Shown here piece after piece: positions 54,461-63,855 of a stretch of DNA of 63,855 nt; positions within the stretch are counted from its first letter, which is position 1; each line of letters starts with the position of its first letter. Both the position numbers and the translations under genes were made by a program. A model generated the notes under the pieces. That model saw only the letters and a list, made by a program, of their open reading frames with translations, was not told where the DNA came from and did no database searches. Source of the stretch: Octopus bimaculoides (lineage: Eukaryota); assembly GCF_001194135.2 (NCBI RefSeq), contig NC_069004.1, forward strand, positions 7,958,408 to 8,022,262, given 5' to 3'.

Positions 54461-55264
54461 AATATAAAAGATATATAATATATACGTACGTATATGTGTT
54501 TATTTGAGTATATATATTTGCATGTGTATATGTGAGTATGTATTATATATTCATGCATGGTTATATTTGGGTGTTGTGAGAACCGGTACATTCAGACAAA
54601 AATGCACAGTGTAATATAACTCATCGCAGTTTTCTCCCTTCGTAGCAATATTGACTTTACATTTCGTATCTTCATATCTTACATGAACGATGAATGAAAA
54701 AACCAAAGAACGGTGCCGATATAATCCACATAGGAACTCTTTAAATGTCGTGCTCCAGCAAGGCCGCAGTCCAATGAATGAAACCTGCAAGAGAAAACGG
54801 TGTACAAATAGGAAATAAAGAGAGGTTTTGTTTACATTCCTTCTCCTCTTTTGTATACACAATTGTGTAGGACGGAAATTACTTTGGTAAATAGAAAACC
54901 CGAGATTTTGCAAGAGTAGAAAGAAAATATACACGAAAATCTCGTTTCTATACAAACAACTGCTATGCCTTCTTTTCCCCTTTATAGTAAACAACAAAAC
55001 TATTCTTTAAACATTGTGATGTGATATTTATTACATTTAGAGGTGGATAAAATGTGTGTGCGCGTGTGTGCGAGAGAGAGATTGACACAGGGAGAGACTG
55101 ACAGAGGGAAAGCCTGACAGTGGGAGAGAGAAACGGAGAAGAACGGCGGAAGAGAACTAAATCAATGCCATAAACGAGATCCTCTACAAAAATACTATAT
55201 TGATACTACTATTACTAGTGCTGCTGCATCTACACTGTAGTTAATGCTACTACTATAAATAGTG

Positions 55265-55333
<69 letters not shown>

Positions 55334-55397
55334 TGCTTGCAGTGGAGAGCTAACACTTTCCATCATACCAAGCAATATAAGTTGTAAGTTTTAGTAC

Positions 55398-55449
<52 letters not shown>

Positions 55450-55450
55450 G

Positions 55451-55481
<31 letters not shown>

Positions 55482-55589
55482 AATAATAATCATAATAACA
55501 CTAAATGCTCTGATGTAATGCTAGGCACTGAATGTTAAAGCGTCTAATCTTAACTGACTGGAAATAATATCATGTATATATTATGTCTT

Positions 55590-55800
55590 GGTATAAAAAG
55601 ATGGGCTACAGCAAATATTTAACTCAATACCACAGACCTGCTTGTCAGTTGCTTGACCTGTCGAGTATGTCCCTTAATGGCTGACGGTTTGTGCATATCA
55701 CAAGCGGGAATAGTGGTGGAACATCGTAACCATGTGTTGAGAGGAATTCTTTGGGGTTTCAATAATCCACCTCTGGAAACATGGGTGTTGCTTTCATTTA
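55590..55800. mobile_element. Interspersed repeat of an abundant octopus-type family (class uncertain)
   Basis: 'aaaagatgggctacagcaaatatt...ccacagacctgcttgtcagttg...gagaggaattctttggggtttcaataatccacctctggaaacatggg' is recognised from memory only. Confidence 0.5.
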
Positions 55801-55894
55801 AAGATGAAATGGCTCTTATATGTAAGAATACCGGGTTGACTAAATATAAGAGAAGGAAAACATAAAGACATCTTATAAAAGTTACGTGGAAATC

Positions 55895-56085
55895 TTGGCG
55901 CTAGGTCAGCAATTTTGGGAAGGGGAAAGTCAATTATACTTTCCAGTGTTCAAAGTGGTGTTTATTCTATCGACCTCGGAAGGATGAAAGACAAAATCAA
56001 CCTCGGCGGAATTTGAACTCAGAACTTGAGGACGGAGGAAATGCTCCGAAGTATTTTTCCCGGTGTGCTAACAATTCTGTCATGT
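55895..56085 (-). mobile_element. SINE family A copy
   Basis: 'tcgacctcggaaggatgaaagacaaaatcaacctcggcggaatttgaactcagaac'. Confidence 0.88.
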
Positions 56086-56404
56086 CATCACCTATCCATA
56101 AAACTTTCAGAAATCTCATTGTATTCAAAATAAAGCCAGCTAGAATACCAGAATGGTTGTGCTAAGGAAGAACTTAGAGGTGGCAGAATATTATAGTCGT
56201 TGGAACGTTGGAGAAATTGCTTTGTGATAACCAAGTTCATGAGCAGTATTGAACAGTATTACGCCAGTAACAGAGAAATGAGCTGGTTTTATTTTATTTT
56301 TTTATCATTCGTCAATGGATTAATTATTTAACTGATCAACAAATGGATTGTTTAATTAATCATCCGATTTATCAATCAAGCAGTAATGTTTGTGGTGCAG
56401 ATTA

Positions 56405-56444
<40 letters not shown>

Positions 56445-56699
56445 GAAGCAAAAAAAGAGTGTCATTGTTATCAAGTCCTCTTGATACAGGAGAACTTCAA
56501 AATTAGAACCAATCATACAAACCTTCACAGATCCAAGATCTTCATGAACTGCAAAGATATAAGCACAAATTTATTTACCCTATTTTTGCCAAAGTCACCC
56601 ACTTTTCGACAGATTCACTAGAGACGAACACTTCCCTTTCCATTTACACCTTTCCATTCCAAGCTTCACCAAAAAGAGAAGGGTCTTATATTAATCCTT

Positions 56700-57650
56700 T
56701 GAACTTCTACTTCCACACTTTCCAGACAGACGAGAAAACTGCCTGCCTTTTTTTGTTGAAGCAGGGTGGTATAGCAAACTGCATCATGACTTCGAGCGAT
56801 ATCCGGGTTCATCAACGATGTGAAAACAGCTGTTCGAAGCATGTTTTATTTGGCAAAAGAACCCCACTACTTTTTACAACATTTCTTCATTTTGTTGGAG
56901 GTTGGTTTGAACTTTTGACGATGTATTGCAACATTTTCCATTGTTTTCTGAAAGGATGTTATTTTATGAATGTCAAGTACAATATACTGTTTCAAAATAG
57001 AATTTAACTATTTTAAGGCTGGCATTTCTAATAATCTTTAACCATAATTCTTTGAATTTCAGAAGTAATTTTAAACTAAATCTTGCTGGTTATTTGCATT
57101 TCTAAGAGTTAAGAAGTATCATCTCAATGCCATCTACTCATTAAAACCTGGCATTTTTATAAATTCAATTCAAAAATATACAATCTAATAACTTTGAAGA
57201 CTTTCGTAGAACTTAGATCCTAGACCTTTTGGTTCCATTTTAACACTGAAGGGAATAATACTTTTTCTTAATCCATAAAGCATTATTGAAAGATAGTATC
57301 ATTCTTATTGCATGAATCGCAATATTAATCTCATTATCAGTGATATAGAAATAATCCTTTTTCTAAATCTATCAACTTACTGATTATTCGTATTTCTAAG
57401 ATTCATAAGATATATACTTTCATCGCGATAAAATCTTGTTATTTTCTGAATCTTTGTATGGAAAATGTGTAAAGTAAACAATCCAACAATTTTCCAAATA
57501 TCGACAACATTTTCTTTCACTAGCACTGGAGGAATGAATTCCATTTTTCTTCATTCAATGGAAGCTAATATCGCTCTCCTCGTATATATTTCAAACTGAA
57601 ACGTTGTATTCGATATTTGGGAAACGTTTGTGACAAAAACCTAGAGATTT
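56700..57650 (-). mobile_element. Highly decayed Penelope-like reverse transcriptase
   Basis: Minus-strand islands LNEEKWNS...VVDIW, NNALWIKK and HPFRKQWKMLQYIVKSSNQPPTK correspond in order to the Penelope RT motifs NQW.NT..VI.W, W.KK and PFRK...YI...SNHPP. Confidence 0.6.
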
Positions 57651-57904
57651 TTTTGTGGGAGTATTTTAAATAGTGTGGATGCGTTATTGGCTTCTGCTTT
57701 TCTGTATAGCTTTGTTTTGTGTTCTGTAGAGTAGCGTATTGCAGCTGACACAGTAGGAAGACTATTAGAGAATGTTGTCGTTATATGACCGACGTAACAC
57801 CAGTGAAACACCAGTGATTAAGAAACACAAAATTAAAAATCTATATTAACAAACTGCTTCAGTTTTTATTATTGTTTCTTATTGATAGTATTGAATTAAG
57901 ATTG

Positions 57905-58340
57905 TGACTGGGTTGGTCTCATCCATAGACGTGTCTTGGATCGACTGACTTCATTTAGACCTTAAGACTTTCAAACCGAGATCATCATCACCATTCAAAT
58001 TGTAGAATCATGCACGTCTGACTTGCCATAGAGACAAACAGATACCTGCCTTACACCAACAAATCATCTCTCAAAACACGTTTCATTATCCCTTCTCAGC
58101 CATATCTAATTGCTGGTTCTCTCAACAGTTGATTTCATTTTTTTCCACGTATGTTGCTTCACGATGGTTCACGCTAGAAAATAAGAGCAACCGCCTAAAT
58201 CTGGTTCCTTTAAACTTCTACATCCAGCGTCTACAAAAAAAGTTACTGCACTCTAGCCAGCACTTTTACAGTCTTCCAGTAGCAACTCATAACGGCTCGT
58301 CTCTCCTAACCTGAGCAGCATCAGTATTATCCTCGTTCGG
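57905..58340 (-). mobile_element. Second HERO-like RLE C-terminal fragment with 3' flank
   Basis: EDNTDAAQVRR / RYELLLEDCKSAG*SAVTF / VDAGCRSL...KSTVERTSN*IWLRR is a decayed RY..L..C...GW...PVEVGCRG...AE..S.W.W.KR pattern. Confidence 0.68.
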
Positions 58341-58387
58341 ATCACTTAATTCAACAAGATGCACTAGAGCAGTTTAACTATTTATTT

Positions 58388-59050
58388 AGTTAATCCAGCG
58401 TGAGATATAAAACATTTTCAAGTTTCTAAATTCATAAAATATAGAGTTGTCTGATGGCAATATCGATTTCGAAAACAAAATAAGTAATTTAAATTAATAG
58501 ATAAATCGATGTTGTTAAAGGGTTTGTTAATTAAAGAAAAAGGCAGAAAATCACCAATTAACATGGTTCTAAAGTTTGTCACAGTTAGGAGGGCGAGTGT
58601 TAAAGGTTGAACACCAATTTTAATAATTTCAATGAGAAAGAGAAATGGAATTAAAAATTAATGTGTTCGAAGTGATAGTAGAGAAGCTAAGGATGATTTT
58701 ATATCGTTTCGATAGGAAGATGTCATTAATCTTAATCACAAGAGGAAGGAAAGAAAGGGAGGATAATATAGCTAAATGACTCGCAGTTTTAAATACACAA
58801 GGATTTAGCCCTAAAGGTTTTAAATTAATAATTATTAGAAATAATGAAATAATGAGGAATCTTCCTATATTATTACTAAAACATCGGTAATTTATGTATT
58901 TATAATTCGCATAGTAATTATTGAAGAAAAGTTAAGCAATGATGAGAAGATTCAAAGTGATGTAGTGATAAAGAAAAGGGATTAGAGTGTTAAGATTCAG
59001 ACAAGAGAGTGATGATAAAAGGTTGTTGAGTTATGATCGTCATGACACAT
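58388..59050 (-). pseudogene. atp6: NUMT: mitochondrial ATP synthase subunit 6 pseudogene
   Basis: Mito-code islands in the expected order and spacing: DDHNSTTFYHHSLVWIL, TSLWIFSSLLNF, SLFLMIINLKPLGLNPCVFKTASHL, LIPFLFLIEIIKIGVQPLTL, YFVFEIDIAISQLYI. Confidence 0.85.
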
Positions 59051-59107
59051 TAGAAAGCAAAATGGAGAAAATAATATAATTCAACTTAAAAGATATAATC
59101 GAAGCAT
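59051..59107 (-). pseudogene. atp8: NUMT: 5' fragment of atp8
   Basis: MLRLYLLSWIMLFSPF resembles MPQLSPLNW.MLF and lies immediately after the trnD remnant. Confidence 0.55.
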
Positions 59108-59170
59108 ATAAAAACACTATATTATAGTAATTAAAATTTGATATATTTCTGCTTATTTACTAAATTTATA
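59108..59170 (-). pseudogene. trnD: NUMT: mitochondrial tRNA-Asp remnant
   Basis: About 63 bp between the cox2 stop and the atp8 ATG, with acceptor-like ends and a residual 'ttacta...tagt' T-arm. The anticodon position appears mutated. Confidence 0.5.
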
Positions 59171-59180
59171 TATTTGTTAT

Positions 59181-59770
59181 TTAGTTATTTTTCAATAGTC
59201 AGTTATTAAATGCATTTATATTTTCAATTTCAAGTGTAATAGATATGAATGAATGGTTAGCTCCACAAATTTCAAAATATTGACCATAAAATATGTCTCA
59301 GCAGTTAGAGAATAGATATAGTTGATTTCAACGACCTGGAAGTGCATTTACTTTATCTCTTCGAGAGGAAACGGTTCAAGAACGGATTACGTTTGCGAAT
59401 AAAATGATTATTCGATTGTTTGCTTTCATTGGAATAATTAAGTGAGGGCTAGTAGGTAGGCGGAATAATAATCCTTCATTTAATTCATTTAGAGGGATTA
59501 TATAGGAATTCTTGAAAGTTTAGTATTCATACCTTCTGTATCATTGATGGCCTTATCGTTTAATTATAAGTAAAGGGTAAATCGATTCAATTAAATATAG
59601 TTTAAGGGAAATTAATGCGAGAAATGGGAGACTCATTCTAAGAATAATTGTTCAAAACGTCACAGTTTCTTGGCTTTCAGTAATTATAAGTGAATTATAA
59701 TTAATCTTAAGAAATGTAGGAATAAGAATTAAAAAAAATTAGTGATTAAACGAACAATATTAACACTTAT
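59181..59770 (-). pseudogene. cox2: NUMT: cytochrome c oxidase subunit II pseudogene, main 3' part
   Basis: SLMITESQETVTFWTII / FLALISLKLYLIE..GHQWYSSYEY / NVIRSWTVSSRSDKVNALPGRWNQL...FYGQYFEICGANHSFMSITLE...NWLLKNN*. The EICGANHSFM motif is unmistakable; frameshifts and lost CuA ligands indicate decay. Confidence 0.93.
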
Positions 59771-59976
59771 AAATATATATATATATATATATATTAATCC
59801 CGAAATTGATTCAATATAGAGATAACGCATTAAAAAATATCCGTTAGCTTGCTTTCCTCGATTTCGAGAGAACGTGTATTCATAGTGATGTATATTGTAA
59901 TGTGGTGATTGACGATTTAAGGTCTATTTCTCAGCATATTGGCATAGAACTTTTTTCTTTTGCCCTTATTTATAAT

Positions 59977-60011
<35 letters not shown>

Positions 60012-60052
60012 ATGTATGTATACATACACGTATGTATATATATATATATGCA

Positions 60053-60090
<38 letters not shown>

Positions 60091-60093
60091 GAT

Positions 60094-60151
60094 GCGTGGC
60101 TAAGTGGTTAGGGTATTCGGCTCACGATCATAAGATTGTGGGTTCAATTTC
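60094..60151 (+). mobile_element. tRNA-like SINE head (family C) running into a gap
   Basis: 'gcgtggctaagtggttagggtattcggctcacgatcataagattgtgggttcaattt' has A-box and B-box-like segments. Confidence 0.75.
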
Positions 60152-60437
60152 NNNNNNNNNNNNNNNNNNNNNNNNNNNNNNNNNNNNNNNNNNNNNNNNN
60201 NNNNNNNNNNNNNNNNNNNNNNNNNNNNNNNNNNNNNNNNNNNNNNNNNNNNNNNNNNNNNNNNNNNNNNNNNNNNNNNNNNNNNNNNNNNNNNNNNNNN
60301 NNNNNNNNNNNNNNNNNNNNNNNNNNNNNNNNNNNNNNAAATGTAGGAATAAGAATTAAAAAAAATTAGTGATTAAACGAACAATATTAACACTTATAAA
60401 TATATATATATATATATATATTAATATATATATTACT

Positions 60438-60655
60438 AAAGCCGGCGAAATGGCAGAATTTTTAGCACGCCGGGCAAAAGGCTCAGCGGCATTACTCTTC
60501 TGTCTCTATGCTCTGAGCTGAAATGTCACCGCGGTCGATATTGCCTTTCATCCTTTTGGGGTCGATAAAATAAAACACCAGTACTGGTGTCGATGTAACT
60601 GACGTACCACCTATCTGGAAATTGCTGGCCTTGTCCCAATACTTAAAACCAATAT
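60438..60655 (+). mobile_element. SINE family A inserted within the cox2 NUMT
   Basis: 'gccggcgaaatggcagaa...gtcgatattgcctttcatccttttggggtcgataaa'. It separates cox2 5' from cox2 3'. Confidence 0.88.
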
Positions 60656-60659
60656 ATAT

Positions 60660-60762
60660 TATTAAATGGTAAAATAGTAACAATAATTATGGAGTGATGA
60701 TTGAAAAAATGAATTGCTCTACAAGTGGAGAATTTGCATCTTGAAATCCTCGTTACTTCCAT
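60660..60762 (-). pseudogene. cox2: NUMT: cox2 5' fragment
   Basis: GFQDANSPLVEQFIFFNHHSMII corresponds to the canonical GFQDA.SP.MEQLIFFHDH.M. Confidence 0.88.
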
Positions 60763-61165
60763 TAGGTTTTTAATGGAATAAATAAAGCTCCTGTTTCCAT
60801 TTGAAGTCAACTGGTAAACGGTTGTTTCATTCTAATGATGTATTTGTGGGATTTGATAATAGTTCGTTTCCTCATATGAAAGATATAAAAAAATATGATC
60901 AATGTTGAAAGTAATGAAAGAATATTTCATTTGGTATATGAATCAGAGTAGTCTTAATATCATCATGTCATGGTATTTCTGCTAATCTTAAAATGTATAT
61001 GGAAAGATAACGTTATAAATATTATAAACATAAATATTCTCACTTAAAGATAATATCAGTTCAACACCTTCAACGGCATGCTCTATTTAAGCTATTTAAG
61101 AAATCATAATTGCAATGAAAATAATAATTATTTTGACATTGAATAAAATAAGTATTCATCATTGT
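60763..61165 (-). pseudogene. cox1: NUMT: cox1 3' fragment
   Basis: HF / LAEMP* / DYSDSYTKWN (from HFLGLAGMPRRYSDYPD.YT.WN) and SLEWNNRLPVDF / ETGAL C-terminus abutting cox2. Upstream of about 61010 only weak HDTYY/HFHY remnants remain. Confidence 0.8.
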
Positions 61166-61707
61166 TTTTAAAATATAATTTTCTTAACTACTATAATTAA
61201 TCTCTGCGTTCTTATAATTTCTAATAACTCTATATCAAGCAATTTTAAATTCATATTTCTAATAGTCTTCTGAACACTAAAAACAGATAACTACTTAAAA
61301 TAAGATAAAAATCAAATGCTATTATATCAATCTAAATATAGATTTTTCTTCCTCTTTCAGTCATATTCTAAACGCTAATAATAGAGAAAAACTAGTAATA
61401 TCACAAGTACTTTTTATACCATCGGTAAAACAGTAATTTCATTCAAACAAAGTACCATGTTCTGCAATACAAACCTTCCAAATAACGGCTGCAAAACACA
61501 AATGTATTATTGATATCGTTATAAACGCATCAGCCTCTCCTATGTTTTCATATACTATACTTTTAAACTATATCTTGCCACACTATGTAAATAGATATAC
61601 GAATATCTATGTAAATAGACATACGAAATGCCAGTAAGCCTTTTAGTCTGGCAAACGTTTCCACCAGCTCACCGCTGTGAAAGCGTAATGATTATTAACT
61701 TATAATA

Positions 61708-62045
61708 TAAGGCGGCGAGTTGGCAGAAACGTTACACGCTGGGCGAAATGCTTAGCGGTATTTCGTCTGTCTTCACGTTCTGAGTTCAAATTCCGCGGAG
61801 GTCAACTTTGCCTTTCATCCTTTCGAGGTCGATAAATTAAGTACCAGTTGTTCACTGGGGTCGATCTAATTTATTTCAGCCCTCTCCAAAGATTTTGGGC
61901 CTTGTGCCTAGACTAGAAAAGAATATAGGGCGGCGAGCTGGTAGAATTGTTAGCATGCTAGACAAAATGCTAAGCGACATTTCGTCCACCTTACGTTCTG
62001 AGTTTAAATTCTGTCGAAGACGATTTTTGCCTTTCATCCTTTCGG
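61708..62045 (+). mobile_element. Two tandem copies of SINE family A (first near full length)
   Basis: 'aaggcggcgagttggcagaaacgttacacgctgggcgaaatgcttagcggtatttcg...ttgcctttcatcctttcgaggtcgataaattaagtaccagttg'. A second head starts at about 61927. Confidence 0.92.
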
Positions 62046-62297
62046 AAAAGTTACATCGCCTAACTGTTATCTTAACGAGTTGTGTCTATTTATCACCCGA
62101 TGAGATACATCTGCACCGCCGGATGCTCCTGAACCAGTCGTTGAGTGTCCTACCCGTAAGGGATTGATAGGAAATGTGTCGAAACAATTGTCGTGATTAA
62201 TAATAAATTCTCGAATATTCCATCTTCTGTCTTTCATTTGCCATATATATGTATACATATACACAAATATGTGTATGTGTGTGAGCGTGTGTGTATA

Positions 62298-62330
<33 letters not shown>

Positions 62331-62332
<2 letters not shown>

Positions 62333-62812
62333 CAATTTGCCTCAAGAAATCAAGAAGTGGTGGAACTCACATAATATAAATACACAACAAAGGTATCAAT
62401 AAACTGATAATAGGGTTATAATTAATTATTCATCCACACAAAGAGAAGCTTCGTCCGTTAAGCATCTCATAAATTAAATTTCCATCACAAAATAATGCTC
62501 GGGAATACAATCCATGGTGCAACATTATTAAGTCCCTCACAACCCACAATAATCCTCCTGCCAATCCTGCTAATATAATCCCTATGTGCCTAATAGAAAA
62601 ATGAGCAGTTAATCTCATATCACTTAGCCATAAACAAATAATTGAAGACAACAACCTTTGCAAATAAATAACCATTATATTAAAAACTTAAACATTTAAA
62701 CAAACTCATAAAACTCATTACCCCACGTCCACCTATATTTTACTCTACTCAGACCACAATTATTGAACCTATAATACGAGCTTGTACATGAGCCTTAGCT
62801 ATCTTTTATATT
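62331..62812 (-). pseudogene. nad4: NUMT: NADH dehydrogenase subunit 4 central fragment
   Basis: Mito code: AKAHVQARIMGSM (PKAHVEAP..GSM), GGRGVMSF (LKLGGYG), IICLWLSDMSLTAHFSISHMG (CLRQ.D.KSLIAYSS..HMG), HGLYSRALFCDGNLIYE..GRS, MWVPP; all in the correct order. Confidence 0.88.
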
Positions 62813-62819
62813 TTTACTT

Positions 62820-62990
62820 GTTTCACAATGTGGCCATGCTGGAGAAATTCGAGTAGAACGAATCAACACCAGTATTTCATTTTTGCTTAAAGCTAAGTAC
62901 TTATTCTATAAGCCCCATTTTGTCGAACCGCTAAGTTACGAGGAGGTAAACACACCAACACTGGTTGTCAATCTTTGGCGGGACACACAC
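62820..62990 (-). mobile_element. SINE family B tail fragment bounding the NUMT
   Basis: 'tggccatgctggag...aagtacttattctat...gaaccgctaagttacg...aaacacaccaacactggttgtcaa'. Confidence 0.8.
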
Positions 62991-63380
62991 ATACATACCT
63001 ATCGTTGTTATTAGTGTCTTAAGTCCGAAACGTTGCTTTTTCAGGAAACGAAAAAATAGTTTCATTATTCCATTTCTTTTTACAGTTTTAGAAACGGTTT
63101 CAGGTTAACAGTAATTCTTCGCTGGGTGCACAAAATCGTAATTTCATGCATGCATAATATTTTCAGTCAGAAATATTTTTGCAAAACTGTCGTATGTGGG
63201 GCTTAGTACACTTTTGAAAAATGCTAAACCGTTGTACTACACTTTAACAATTTTCATCATAAGCAGCTGGAGATACAACAGTTTGACCAAAAGAACCGGA
63301 TATTGCAAGCAAAATTAAATATTGAAACCAAAAACACATCTGGCCAAATTTAGACATACGATAGTTTAATATAATAGCAA

Positions 63381-63427
<47 letters not shown>

Positions 63428-63516
63428 TTATAGGGTAGCAAAAAAATTTTTAGAAATTTTATTTACCACCAGTGGTCTAGCGAGAGTAAAAAAACAGTCA
63501 ATAGTCTATGTATTAT

Positions 63517-63855
63517 TCATTTAAAATGCAGAGATGCCTATAATAGGACGTCTACTCGCTAGAAATAGCAGCAAAAGACTACATACCACAAAAATTAGGG
63601 ATAATTTCGAAAGGAAATGAAAAATAAAAACTTTTACCAATCTATATTCTGTACCATGGTTTCAAGTCAATTTTAGTAAGATAAAGATTATGGTACAGAA
63701 TATAGATAAAGATTATGGTACAGAATATAGATTGGTAAAAGTTTTTATTTTTCATTTCCTTTCGAAATTATCCCTAATTTTTGTGGTATGTAGTCTTTTG
63801 ATGCTATTTCTAGCGAGTAGACGTCCTATTATAGGCATCTCTGCATTTTAAATGA
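63517..63855. mobile_element. Foldback element or long palindrome: 141-bp arms with 1 mismatch and a 57-bp spacer; truncated by the window end
   Basis: 63517-63657 is the reverse complement of 63715-63855 except gcagc versus gcatc. The spacer carries a direct duplication of 'ataaagattatggtacagaatatag'. Confidence 0.9.

Noticed and set aside
58400-59700. First read as another decayed Penelope RT
   Set aside because: Translation gave clear cox2 and atp6 motifs in mitochondrial order.
1335-60369. All long ORFs in the track that contain X runs or YI/CV/HT/LS dipeptide repeats
   Set aside because: They are produced by N gaps and dinucleotide or tetranucleotide microsatellites and are not evidence of coding sequence.
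62430-62675. Standard-code ORF with a kinase-like 'LIYEMLNGRSF' motif
   Set aside because: It is better explained as nad4 (HGL.S..LFC.GN..YE...RS) in the mitochondrial code, with upstream PKAHVEAP and LKLGGYG remnants.

Overview
This is AT-rich eukaryotic nuclear DNA from a gapped short-read scaffold: more than 20 N-runs, almost all flanked by (TA)n, (CA)n or (TAGA)n arrays. The host is most likely an octopus. That inference rests on recurrent SINE families I recall from Octopus assemblies and on a mitochondrial insertion with the octopod order cox1-cox2-trnD-atp8-atp6. No long intact ORF is present, and nearly all entries in the supplied ORF track are artefacts of microsatellites or gaps. 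The window contains: (1) a degenerate, compound nuclear copy of mitochondrial DNA (NUMT) at about 58.4-62.8 kb, visible only under the invertebrate mitochondrial code, with a nad4 block on the same strand as and upstream of cox1, unlike the organelle genome; (2) many decayed mobile elements (HERO-like and R4/Dong-like RLE retrotransposons, RTE, CR1/L2-like, Penelope, mariner, tRNA-type SINEs); (3) two long foldback elements that share a roughly 45-bp core motif; (4) a tentative, unidentified minus-strand gene built from short exons at 10.7-17.3 kb. I found no CRISPR array, rRNA or functional tRNA, and no novel multi-gene system that I can support. All translations and alignments were done by eye and no searches were run. 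Coordinates of degenerate elements are approximate (about +/-20 bp).
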